DNA of 32,000 nucleotides from an archaeon GW2011_AR10 (GCA_000830275.1 CP010424.1:360001-392000), one strand, 5' to 3'; numbered from the stretch's first letter, positions 9,115 through 17,060 are shown. Made by a program: numbers and translations. The notes: a model not told the origin generated them from the letters alone.

Positions 9115-10899
9115 TCAGATATTAAAGTGTTGTTTTTCCTCGCTAACTTTTTCCTTCAAGTATTTTTTGTACTCTTCGGTTAAGTTGTTGATGTCAATAG
9201 TGTTCCCTGACTGAAGGTAGTAAGCGATATTTTTCAGGAAAACATTGCTGCCAATGACGTGGTACATAATAACATAGTCAACTCCTGCATTGTAAAGCTC
9301 GGATGCCTCATGAAAGTAATGTGCGGACCCAAAAACCACTATGCCGGGGTTAACGCTTTTAGCGTACTTCACAACTGAAACAGCTGCTTTTGTGTCAGGC
9401 ATTGAAATAATCAAAAGCTTTGCCTGCTGCAGATTTGCCTTGCGCAAAATTTCCCTGTTGTCGGCAGAACCATAAATTGAGTTAATGCCATTCTTGATTG
9501 AGTTGAGTATTACATCATAGTTGTGGTCAATCACAACCAAAGGATACTCGCGGAAAAGCGCCTTCGCAATGTTGAACCCTACAACCCCTGCACCAACAAT
9601 AACAACATGTTCTTTCATGTTCTTTGGAACATTCTCAAGCTGGTTTACTTTTTGGTAGAACCTCCTGTTTTCCTTTAAGTTTTTGGTAAAGCGCGCAGAA
9701 GACCTATTCAGCCTCTCATAAATTGGCTCGCTGTGGTGCATAAGGTAAGGAGTAAGGGCCATTGAAAGCGCAATAACAATTATGACAAGCGAGTGCAAGC
9801 CAGGAGTCCTGTTGAGTATGTCCCTCCCCAAGTCAGCAATTATGAAGGAGAACTCTGAAACCTGCGCCAAAGCAAGGGCGACAAAGACGCTGATTCTCCC
9901 TCCGTAGCCGGAAAAAAGAGTGATTAAATAGAACAGAACCGGTTTGAACACGAACACCACAAACAGCACAAACAGCAGAAGCGTTAATGGGAAATAGGCA
10001 AAGCCCAGGTTTATCTGCATTCCGAGGGTCACAAAAAAGATTGTTGCAAAGAAATCCCGCAGTGCCTTGATCCTGTGGAAGACCTCAAGGTTGTAGGGAA
10101 GGTTTGAAAGCGCCAAGCCGGCAATGAACGCGGCAAGCGGGATTGAAAAATTCAGGGCAAACGCAATAAGAATGAAAACAAAGAGGCTTGTCACGGAAGC
10201 CAAGAACAGCAGCTCGTCTGAACGCACAGAATAACTGAACACTGCAGGGTAGACGTGCCTGTTCAAGAGGTATGCGAACACCAACAGAAAAGCGCCTACT
10301 GCCAGCACTGGCGCAAATACATTGAAGGAAAAAAGCTGCTCCAAGTTAGCGAGAAATGGCAGGGCAATAATCACAAACGCGTCTTGGACAAGAAGAAACC
10401 CTACCAGCAGCCGGCCGTGAAGGGTTGTTATCTGGTGCGAGTCGGAAAGAATTTTCACAACAACCAGTGTGCTGCTGAATGCAAGTATTAGGCCAAGATA
10501 AATTGACTGGGTGAAATCAAACAGGTTGAACATGAATGTTCCAACAAAAACAACAAGAATTGTCAGCAGCACTTGAAGCGTTCCACCAACCACTACAACT
10601 TTGCCCAAATCAGCAAGCTTGGAGAAATCTGATTCAACTCCAACCCCAAAAAGCAGGAAAGCCACTCCAAGCGTTGAAAGAATCAATGCATCTTCTAGGT
10701 CAGTGATGCCCAACGGAATGCCTGCAAATTCCAAGCCCATAGAGCCAAGCCCTATCGGGCCAATTATTATGCCAGCAAGAATGTAGGCTATTAGCGCCGG
10801 CTGCTTTAAGTGCTTTGCCAGAAAGCTCAGCAGAGTTGCGCTTACCACAATCAAGCCAATTTCAAAGAGCAGCGAAAATTCAATCAAGGGCGCAGCCAT
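9115..10899 (-). CDS. CPA2-family monovalent cation:proton antiporter with a C-terminal TrkA-N/RCK domain (Kef-like)
   Basis: The first ~390 aa form about 12 hydrophobic helices typical of Na+/H+-exchanger-family proteins. A Rossmann motif (VVIVGAGVVGFNIAKAL) follows. Confidence 0.8.
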   Translation of the reverse strand: MAAPLIEFSLLFEIGLIVVSATLLSFLAKHLKQPALIAYILAGIIIGPIGLGSMGLEFAGIPLGITDLEDALILSTLGVAFLLFGVGVESDFSKLADLGKVVVVGGTLQVLLTILVVFVGTFMFNLFDFTQSIYLGLILAFSSTLVVVKILSDSHQITTLHGRLLVGFLLVQDAFVIIALPFLANLEQLFSFNVFAPVLAVGAFLLVFAYLLNRHVYPAVFSYSVRSDELLFLASVTSLFVFILIAFALNFSIPLAAFIAGLALSNLPYNLEVFHRIKALRDFFATIFFVTLGMQINLGFAYFPLTLLLFVLFVVFVFKPVLFYLITLFSGYGGRISVFVALALAQVSEFSFIIADLGRDILNRTPGLHSLVIIVIALSMALTPYLMHHSEPIYERLNRSSARFTKNLKENRRFYQKVNQLENVPKNMKEHVVIVGAGVVGFNIAKALFREYPLVVIDHNYDVILNSIKNGINSIYGSADNREILRKANLQQAKLLIISMPDTKAAVSVVKYAKSVNPGIVVFGSAHYFHEASELYNAGVDYVIMYHVIGSNVFLKNIAYYLQSGNTIDINNLTEEYKKYLKEKVSEEKQHFNI

Positions 10900-10920
10900 T
10901 CTAAAAAGAATGGTTTAAGT

Positions 10921-10930
10921 GGTATAAAAT
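10921..10930 (-). promoter_or_regulatory. TATA-like box (attttatacc on the minus strand) for the antiporter gene
   Basis: It is centred about 27 nt upstream of the ATG at 10899, which fits a leaderless transcript. Confidence 0.4.
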
Positions 10931-10956
10931 ACCCACGCCTTTAGGCGTGGGTTTTT
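10931..10956 (-). terminator. GC-rich hairpin (acccacgcc/ggcgtgggt) flanked by T tracts on both strands
   Basis: A perfect 9-10 bp stem sits at 10931-10940 and 10943-10952. On the minus strand it is followed by auuuuau, and on the plus strand by tttt. Confidence 0.5.
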
Positions 10957-10971
10957 CCTCTCCGTCAACGT

Positions 10972-11012
10972 AAAAAATCCGCTAACCGCCGTATAAAGAC
11001 AGCGGATTTTTT
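10972..11012 (-). terminator. hairpin with A6/T6 arms (aaaaaatccgct...agcggatttttt), a bidirectional terminator-like structure
   Basis: 12-nt perfectly complementary arms are separated by 17 nt. The structure lies 28 nt downstream of the stop of the 105-aa gene that ends the cysS transcription unit. Confidence 0.55.
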
Positions 11013-11039
11013 GGGTTGTTAAAATGCTTACTGTAACAC

Positions 11040-11357
11040 TTAAGCCCCGTAAGCAAAAAATAAAACCAGAAAAACAACCATTAGGACAAAAACCATGAGG
11101 GCAATGAAGTAAAGCAGCGTTGAGAACGCTGGAAAAGAAATATCGGCAGGCCCCTTGTCAGGCGTGGTTATCAGCTGCTTTAATATCATTTCAGAGCCAG
11201 CTTTGCCGCTCCGATAATCAAACTGCTTTCTAATCTCTTCAAGCTCTTTTTCACTGCAGGTTCCCTTCAACTCATTAAGGCATTGCTTGAGCGATTTGCC
11301 CTTGTCCAGCTCTGACTTAATGAACTTAATGCCTGCCTCGACTTTTTCCTGCTCCAC
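11040..11357 (-). CDS. hypothetical tail-anchored membrane protein
   Basis: 105 aa, with a charged helical N-terminal part and a single C-terminal hydrophobic helix (LLYFIALMVFVLMVVFLVLFFA). It lies 16 nt downstream of cysS on the same strand. Confidence 0.55.
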   Translation of the reverse strand: MEQEKVEAGIKFIKSELDKGKSLKQCLNELKGTCSEKELEEIRKQFDYRSGKAGSEMILKQLITTPDKGPADISFPAFSTLLYFIALMVFVLMVVFLVLFFAYGA

Positions 11358-11373
11358 GAAAAAGAGACTGTTT

Positions 11374-12768
11374 TCAGGTTTTTATTCTTTTCCATTTGAC
11401 CCCTTTTTGGGTGTCGTCAAGCTGGATGCCTTTTCCAAGCAATTCTGCCCTTAGTTTATCTGCTTCTCCGAATCTTCTTGCTTTCCTGAACTCTTCCCTT
11501 TTCTCGATTAATTCCAGCAGTTCAGGGCCAAGCTCTTCCTTGAAGCGGAACCTTAACACTCCAAGCACTGAGTCAATCTCTTTCAAAAACGAAGCAATTT
11601 TTTCAGCTTCCTTTCTGCTTAAACTGTTTTTTTCCATCAGCGAGTTTACCTCTCTCAAGAACTCAAACACAGAAGCCAAAGCAAGGGGAACATTCAAGTC
11701 ATTGTCCATTGCGTGTTCAAAGCCGGCTCTTGCTTTTTGAAGCAAGTCTTCAAGGTAGCCGCTTGAAACCCCATTCGAGCTTTGGAGCTTTCTGGTGAAC
11801 TCGTCAAATTTTTCAACAACGTTTTCAGCGTCTTCAAGGGACTTCAAGGTGAAGTTCAGCTCAGAGCGGTAATGCGCTGACAGGAAAAGATAGCGAAGCG
11901 CTCTCGGCGAATGCTCCTTCAAATCCCTTAAAGTGAAAAAGTTTCCAAGGCTTTTTGACATCTTTTTGCCGTCAACAATTAGGTGATGCACATGCACCCA
12001 GTACTTTACAAACTTTTTTCCTGAAGCTGCCTCGCTTTGCGCTATCTCGTTTTCGTGGTGGGGAAAAACAAGGTCAATTCCTCCGGAGTGGATGTCAAAG
12101 CTTTCTCCGAGAGAACTCATGCTAATTGAACTGCACTCCAAGTGCCAGCCTGGCCTGCCTTTTCCAAGCCTAGTATCCCAAAAAACTTTGCCGTCTTTCT
12201 CTGTCCACGCTTTCCACAATGCAAAGTCGTTTGCCTGTGTTTTCTCATATTCATCCTGGCTTACTCTTGCGCCAACCTTAAGCTTCTTCAATTTGAGCTT
12301 TGACAGCCTACCGTATTCTGGGAACTTTTTTATGCTGAAATAGATGCTGCCATCGCTGCTCCTATAAGCAATGCCTTTCTTTAAAAGCTTTTCAACAAGC
12401 TTTACCATTTCGTTAATGTTTTTGGTAGCAGGAATTATTTTGTCGGCCTTTCTAATGTTCAATGATTGCAGGCCATTAAAGAACTCTTTGGTGTAGCGGT
12501 CAGTAAATTTATTCAATGGCGTGCTTTCCTGCTGTGAACCCCTTATTGTTTTGTCATCAACATCAGTTAGGTTCATGACGTGCTTTACTTTAAAGCCCTT
12601 GAATTTTAGGTATTTTACCATCATGTCCTGAAAGGTGAAAGTCCGCAGATTACCAATGTGAGCGTAATCGTAAACAGTTGGCCCGCAAGTGTAAATGCCA
12701 ACGCTTTTTCCTTTCAGCGGCCTGAACTCCTCCACTTTCCCTGAAAGGGTATTGTAAAGTTTTAGCAT
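11374..12768 (-). CDS. cysS: cysteine--tRNA ligase
   Basis: MLKLYNTLSGK...GIYTCGPTVYDYAHIGNLR (HIGN motif) and GKKMSKSLGN (KMSKS motif). The listed ORF extends to 12810, but the CysRS consensus N-terminus begins at the internal ATG at 12768. Confidence 0.93.
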   Translation of the reverse strand: MLKLYNTLSGKVEEFRPLKGKSVGIYTCGPTVYDYAHIGNLRTFTFQDMMVKYLKFKGFKVKHVMNLTDVDDKTIRGSQQESTPLNKFTDRYTKEFFNGLQSLNIRKADKIIPATKNINEMVKLVEKLLKKGIAYRSSDGSIYFSIKKFPEYGRLSKLKLKKLKVGARVSQDEYEKTQANDFALWKAWTEKDGKVFWDTRLGKGRPGWHLECSSISMSSLGESFDIHSGGIDLVFPHHENEIAQSEAASGKKFVKYWVHVHHLIVDGKKMSKSLGNFFTLRDLKEHSPRALRYLFLSAHYRSELNFTLKSLEDAENVVEKFDEFTRKLQSSNGVSSGYLEDLLQKARAGFEHAMDNDLNVPLALASVFEFLREVNSLMEKNSLSRKEAEKIASFLKEIDSVLGVLRFRFKEELGPELLELIEKREEFRKARRFGEADKLRAELLGKGIQLDDTQKGVKWKRIKT

Positions 12769-12921
12769 GCGATTCACATACAAATAAATAGGACAAAACA
12801 ATAAAAACATTGTATGGGGCGCCCAGAAAATGATTTTTTCCCAAACCCGGAGAAACGGAAAAGAAAACTGGCTGAGTGGCAGAAGAAGATTGAAGATGAA
12901 GCAAAAAAAGCCAGATAGTAT

Positions 12922-13128
12922 TTAGTCTTCTTCCACGAAAAACTGGTTTAGGTCTTCGTCAAAGTACTTTTCCTTGTCTGTTGCAAGCTTAAATTTTCCG
13001 CCTTTCACCTTGACTATTAGGTCAGCAGAGCACTCAGGGCACTCAACACGATCGTGCTCATCATACTCGTTGTTGTCAAGCTCGAATTCCTCATGGCACT
13101 CAGGGCACTTAACCTTCATTAAAGCCAT
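12922..13128 (-). CDS. small four-Cys zinc-ribbon protein with an acidic C-terminus (LysW-like architecture)
   Basis: 68 aa with two CPEC knuckles 18 residues apart (KCPECHEEFELD...VECPECSADLIV) and a tail ending in DEDLNQFFVEED. A GAGGAG element lies upstream of the ATG. Confidence 0.6.
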   Translation of the reverse strand: MALMKVKCPECHEEFELDNNEYDEHDRVECPECSADLIVKVKGGKFKLATDKEKYFDEDLNQFFVEED

Positions 13129-13174
13129 CGAAACAGCTCCTCTAAATAAAGCCGCCTAAGTAAATATTTTAAAC

Positions 13175-13813
13175 CTATGTGGAGCCCGGAACAAAGAATG
13201 GAAGAGACGGCAAAAACACGTAAACAACTGCAATGACCACTGCCCAGATAACGAAAATAAGAAGGTTCGTGAGAATTGGCGATTTTCCGGCGTTGGCAAT
13301 GAGCTGGTAAACCAAGTAAAGCGCGAACAGGAAAACAATCAGTGTTACAAGGCTAAGCGCAGCAACTCCGGCAACAACAATGGATTCGCTCTGCACCTGC
13401 AGGGAATCCAAGGCAAAAGCAATAGCCAGCGGGTCAGGATTGCTTTGAACCTCAGCAAAGGCAGTGAAAAAGTTTGGAACCAGGAACAACACCAAAACAA
13501 ATGAAACTATTTGAAGGAAAAACCTTGCAAGGAAAATGAAGCTGTAGCCAGTCATTAGGCCAGAAAACCTTCCCTTTGCGCTGCCGCCCTTGAATGAAGC
13601 AAGAAGGAAAAAAATCACTGCAACTGAAACAATCCAGCCTATTAGCTCTGAAGCAATGCTCAAACCGAACCCCGCAAAGTTGACCTCAAACCCGTAAAAA
13701 ATGCTTATTCCCAGCGTGAAAATGAACGGCAACAGGAAGAAACCAAAAGCCAGCAGCAGGTTAGCATTGTCAAGGGAGTTCTTTGCCATTCCCTTCACAA
13801 AGTCAATCGGCAC
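13175..13813 (-). CDS. hypothetical polytopic membrane protein (about 5-6 TM helices)
   Basis: Hydrophobic helices run through the whole protein. The listed start is a GTG at 13813, and an alternative ATG lies at 13789. I recognise no catalytic motif. Confidence 0.55.
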   Translation of the reverse strand: MPIDFVKGMAKNSLDNANLLLAFGFFLLPFIFTLGISIFYGFEVNFAGFGLSIASELIGWIVSVAVIFFLLASFKGGSAKGRFSGLMTGYSFIFLARFFLQIVSFVLVLFLVPNFFTAFAEVQSNPDPLAIAFALDSLQVQSESIVVAGVAALSLVTLIVFLFALYLVYQLIANAGKSPILTNLLIFVIWAVVIAVVYVFLPSLPFFVPGST

Positions 13814-13849
13814 AAAAAACCACCTATAATAAGTAATATTTATCCTATT

Positions 13850-13881
13850 TAAGTTTTGTGGTAGCTAAGTTTTGTTGTAGC
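13850..13881. repeat. tandem 16-bp direct repeat (taagttttgtggtagc / taagttttgttgtagc)
   Basis: Two adjacent copies with one mismatch lie in the 124-bp divergent intergenic region between the starts at 13813 and 13938. Confidence 0.7.
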
Positions 13882-13937
13882 CTGCATAAAAAGCTTTTTA
13901 TAGTACGTAAAACTATTTATTGGAAAGTGATTGATTT

Positions 13938-14609
13938 ATGCCAAAAAGAGGAGTAAGAGTTGGAGACCCAAGCGTTCCAAGAGCCAGCAGTCGCGCTGGA
14001 AGGGCAAGGCTTTCAAGGGATGCTGGAAAAAAACAAAGAGGGGGGGCAGTTTCTCCTTATGAAGATCTTTCTGCAAGATTAAGTGGAAGGAAAATTACTG
14101 CGGTAAGTGTTGCTGAAGCAATAAATAGAATGAGGAGCAATCCTCAAAGGAGTTATTGTGGCGTGAAATTGGATTTGTTTACCGTTTGGATGAAATATGA
14201 TAAAGGCGCGCCAAAAGTGCCTGCTTCTGCTTTATCGTTGGTAGGAATCCTAGACAGCCCTCCTGCTTTTCATAAATTCACCAGGGAAACTTATGAAATA
14301 GTTGAGGGAAAAGGAATTTTTTATCATAGGCCAAGGGGAACAAATAGGTGGTTTAAAAAAGAATTCAAACCAGGGAACGTCATTGATATCCCTCCAGGAA
14401 CAGAACACAAAGTTGTTTCAAAAGACAGAACAAACGGCACACTAGTGAAACTTACATTTAATCCGCCACTCGCACACAGAACATATAAAGGAACAGAATC
14501 AATTTATCGGGATGAGTACATGGTTGAAAAAAAGGAAACAAAAAAAACTATTAAATCTGTTGGCGGGAAAAAATTAAGAAAGAAAGTAGTTCAAAAAAGC
14601 GGATATTGA
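13938..14609 (+). CDS. hypothetical protein with an Arg/Lys-rich N-terminal tail and a cupin-like C-terminal domain
   Basis: GNVIDIPPGTEHKVVS fits cupin motif 2, G(X)5PXG(X)2H(X)3N, except for the last residue. Upstream, GKGIFYHRP is a partial motif 1. The N-terminal ~45 aa are basic and low-complexity. Confidence 0.5.
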   Translation: MPKRGVRVGDPSVPRASSRAGRARLSRDAGKKQRGGAVSPYEDLSARLSGRKITAVSVAEAINRMRSNPQRSYCGVKLDLFTVWMKYDKGAPKVPASALSLVGILDSPPAFHKFTRETYEIVEGKGIFYHRPRGTNRWFKKEFKPGNVIDIPPGTEHKVVSKDRTNGTLVKLTFNPPLAHRTYKGTESIYRDEYMVEKKETKKTIKSVGGKKLRKKVVQKSGY

Positions 14610-14615
14610 ACACTG

Positions 14616-14657
14616 ATTCTTCAAAAGGCCTGATTCGGTATTGAATGAATGATAAAA
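14616..14657 (+). repeat. copy 1 of a 42-nt direct repeat (36/42 identical to 15978-16019)
   Basis: Copy 1 is attcttcaaaaggcctgattcggtattgaatgaatgataaaa and copy 2 is aatcttcaaaaggcctgattttgtattgaataagtgagaaaa. This copy begins 7 nt after the stop of the cupin-like gene. Confidence 0.75.
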
Positions 14658-14753
14658 CTCTATGTATGACATCATATTTCTGGTTTTCAGTCAAAATGGT
14701 TAGCAGATGCCTCATAAGCGAAATTATTTATTCTAACAAGTAATCTTATTATC

Positions 14754-15950
14754 ATGCAATGGTTTCGTGGAAGGAAAACCAAGCGCCACACAACAGCTAG
14801 GAGAACAATTCCTTTACTGGGAGCTTTCCAGAGAAGGGAGAAGCTCGAAAGGAAGAGGGTTTTAGAGGCTTTCTCTGCATACAAAGTGGCACACCCGTCA
14901 ACAAGAATAAAACTGCCGGTTTTCGCTAGAGTTTACAAATTACTGAAAAACAGCAAGCAAGGCGTGACAGCCATAAAAAGACAAAGTAATGTTGCAGGAC
15001 ATACAGTTTACAGAATTGACAAAGTGTCCGGATTAAGGACAAAAGAGCAATGGGAAGAAATCAAGGCACTGGAAAAGGGTAAGGGCCGGAGAATCGAGGA
15101 TTTGTTTGATGGAGCAATTTTCGAGGAGATTAAAAACCTTCTCAAGAATACCAGGCTAAGTTATTCAGAAATAGCCGACAAGGCCGGAACCCACAGGCCC
15201 GTTGTTGCAAAAGTGGCAAACAGATACAATCTTAGGAGTGAAAAGGAAAGAAAAAAAATACAGTATGAGTCAACTGCAAAAAAATTGAGAAATGCCCCTC
15301 AAGAGAAAATAGAGGAGCTACTTTTGAAAAAAGAACGATTTAACGGTAGAACTGACTTTTCTCATTCTCTAAGTGATGTTGCACGGATGCTTGGGTTTAG
15401 CAAGTCCTCAGTGTCAAATGTAGTTTCCAGGTTGCAAGACAAGCGAACTGAAGCTGACAATTACAGGGTTGGAAATCGGAACAAGGCAGCAAGAATATCA
15501 GAAGCAAAATCAAGCCCTACACAAAAAAAAGCAAGGGAACTAATGTCAACAACTCTCATGGGTTCAAATGAAATAGTTACGCAGCTAAGGGAATTTGACT
15601 TGAAAACAATCGGCAGAGTAAAGGGAAACGATATATACGCAAAGTACATTTACGGTGCTAGGCACAGTCTTGGCCTCAGCAGGTTGGCAAGAACCACTAC
15701 AAGAAGGGAAGTTGCCGCCAGAGGTGAGTTTAATTCCATTATTTCAAAGCTGACTGATGAAATGAGGCCAGTGAATCTGCAAAATATTCTTGAAAATAGG
15801 AACGGGCAGCTCACCCCACAAATTGCCAAAGATTTTTTTGTAGAATTCCTATTGAGGAAAAGAAATCTTGACCCATTCCAGATTTCCGCTCAAATAGGCC
15901 TAGAGCAAGATTACATAATTGGAATAAAAAGAAAATTAGCAAAAAAATAG
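14754..15950 (+). CDS. hypothetical protein built from several helix-turn-helix-like repeats, with a basic N-terminus
   Basis: Segments such as LSYSEIADKAGTHRPVVAKVANRYNL, SLSDVARMLGFSKSSVSNVVSRLQ, GVTAIKRQSNVAGHTVYRIDKVSGL and FQISAQIGLEQDYIIGIKRKL recur and look like HTH units. I see no catalytic motif. Confidence 0.5.
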   Translation: MQWFRGRKTKRHTTARRTIPLLGAFQRREKLERKRVLEAFSAYKVAHPSTRIKLPVFARVYKLLKNSKQGVTAIKRQSNVAGHTVYRIDKVSGLRTKEQWEEIKALEKGKGRRIEDLFDGAIFEEIKNLLKNTRLSYSEIADKAGTHRPVVAKVANRYNLRSEKERKKIQYESTAKKLRNAPQEKIEELLLKKERFNGRTDFSHSLSDVARMLGFSKSSVSNVVSRLQDKRTEADNYRVGNRNKAARISEAKSSPTQKKARELMSTTLMGSNEIVTQLREFDLKTIGRVKGNDIYAKYIYGARHSLGLSRLARTTTRREVAARGEFNSIISKLTDEMRPVNLQNILENRNGQLTPQIAKDFFVEFLLRKRNLDPFQISAQIGLEQDYIIGIKRKLAKK

Positions 15951-15977
15951 GAATTACTTCCACACGTCCTCAATGGA

Positions 15978-16019
15978 AATCTTCAAAAGGCCTGATTTTG
16001 TATTGAATAAGTGAGAAAA
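15978..16019 (+). repeat. copy 2 of the 42-nt direct repeat
   Basis: See copy 1. This copy lies 28 nt after the stop of the multi-HTH gene and abuts the tyrS stop codon at 16021. Confidence 0.75.
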
Positions 16020-16020
16020 A

Positions 16021-17016
16021 CTAAGCGCTTTCAAGGTTAATTGAGGCAGGCTGGTCTTTGAATGCAAGCCTCACCGGTGAAAGGATTCTGATTAGTTCTT
16101 CCGCTATGCCTTTCTTTAAGTCCATTGGGTGAAGCTGCCGCGCTACATACTTTTTCTCCAGCTCGCCAATTGAATCAAAGGAAATGCTGCCGCCGAACCT
16201 TTGGGGCCTCTCAATCTCAAACCGCTCCACTCTTGGAAAAATTATCAGCCTAGCAATTTCAATCACTGGGTTGTCTTCAACCCTCGCTTCAGGGCAGTAA
16301 GCATTGTTCAGCTTGCTCCTGATGTCTTCCTCTGAGTCCCTCACCGAAATAAGCGATTCTGAAGCACTTGAACTCATTTTCCCTTCCCCTTGCAGTGAAT
16401 TAATCAGCGGCGTGTGAACAAGCACTGGTTTCTTGTATTTGACTGTTTCAAGGATTTCCCTGCCAAGCATGTGGATTTTTCTCTGCTCAATTCCTGACTG
16501 CGCAACATCAACATTCAAGTGCTTTATGTCAGCGATCTGCATCAGCGGGTAAATAACTTGAGAGATGTGCGCGTGCTCTAAATCCCTTGCAACCTCCTGC
16601 ATTGAGCGCATTCCCCTTTTGATAGTGGTGTTAAGCGAAAGCGTAAGCACGTCATCAATGTAATCACTTGAACGCTGGAACCTGCTTCCCAAAACACACT
16701 CTGTTTTTTTCAGGCCCAGCTTTTTGAAGGCACTCTCCCAGTTTTTTGCAGTTCTGTGAATGAATTCCCAGCTGCCTTTCCTGTTAAGGAAAGCATGCCA
16801 GTCTGCAAGCAAAACCTTCACATTAAAGCCTGCATTTTCCAGGTCAATGAGCTTTGAAACAGTAACCAAGTGGCCTAAATGAATTTCACCGCTTGGTTCA
16901 TAACCACAATAAGCAGTAGGCTTCCTTGATTTTGAGAGAAGCTCTTCAAGCTCTTCCTCTGTTACAATTTCAACCGTGTTGGATTTAACCAGTGCAAGCT
17001 TTTCCTGCAAATCCAT
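16021..17016 (-). CDS. tyrS: tyrosine--tRNA ligase, archaeal type
   Basis: YCGYEPSGEIHLGHLV (HIGH-class motif) and GKMSSSASES (KMSKS-class motif). The consensus N-terminus begins at the internal ATG at 17016 (MDLQEKL...), and the extension to 17091 runs through the promoter region. Confidence 0.9.
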   Translation of the reverse strand: MDLQEKLALVKSNTVEIVTEEELEELLSKSRKPTAYCGYEPSGEIHLGHLVTVSKLIDLENAGFNVKVLLADWHAFLNRKGSWEFIHRTAKNWESAFKKLGLKKTECVLGSRFQRSSDYIDDVLTLSLNTTIKRGMRSMQEVARDLEHAHISQVIYPLMQIADIKHLNVDVAQSGIEQRKIHMLGREILETVKYKKPVLVHTPLINSLQGEGKMSSSASESLISVRDSEEDIRSKLNNAYCPEARVEDNPVIEIARLIIFPRVERFEIERPQRFGGSISFDSIGELEKKYVARQLHPMDLKKGIAEELIRILSPVRLAFKDQPASINLESA

Positions 17017-17049
17017 TTCTCCGCCCCTGAAAGCATTTACAGCAAAATG

Positions 17050-17060
17050 CTTATATATTT
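17050..17060 (-). promoter_or_regulatory. TATA-like box (aaatatataag on the minus strand) upstream of tyrS
   Basis: An AT-rich element lies 33-44 nt upstream of the ATG at 17016, in the divergent tyrS/ribL intergenic region. Confidence 0.4.

Noticed and set aside
12830-12925. A 31-aa plus-strand ORF (MIFSQTRRNGKENWLSGRRRLKMKQKKPDSI) between cysS and the zinc-ribbon gene.
   Set aside because: It is short and low-complexity basic, overlaps the zinc-ribbon stop, and lies where the cysS promoter region is expected. Nothing supports it as coding.
14641-14680. C/D-box sRNA-like strings (tgaatgaatgata and ctga) in and near the 42-nt repeat.
   Set aside because: There is no exact RUGAUGA C box and no correctly spaced C/D plus C'/D' arrangement or terminal stem. 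The resemblance is superficial.
13938-16019. Annotating the repeat-flanked segment as a mobile element or integrated element.
   Set aside because: I recognise no integrase, transposase or DDE/serine/tyrosine recombinase motif and no terminal inverted repeats. Only the 42-nt direct repeat supports the idea, so it is kept as a hypothesis in the findings.
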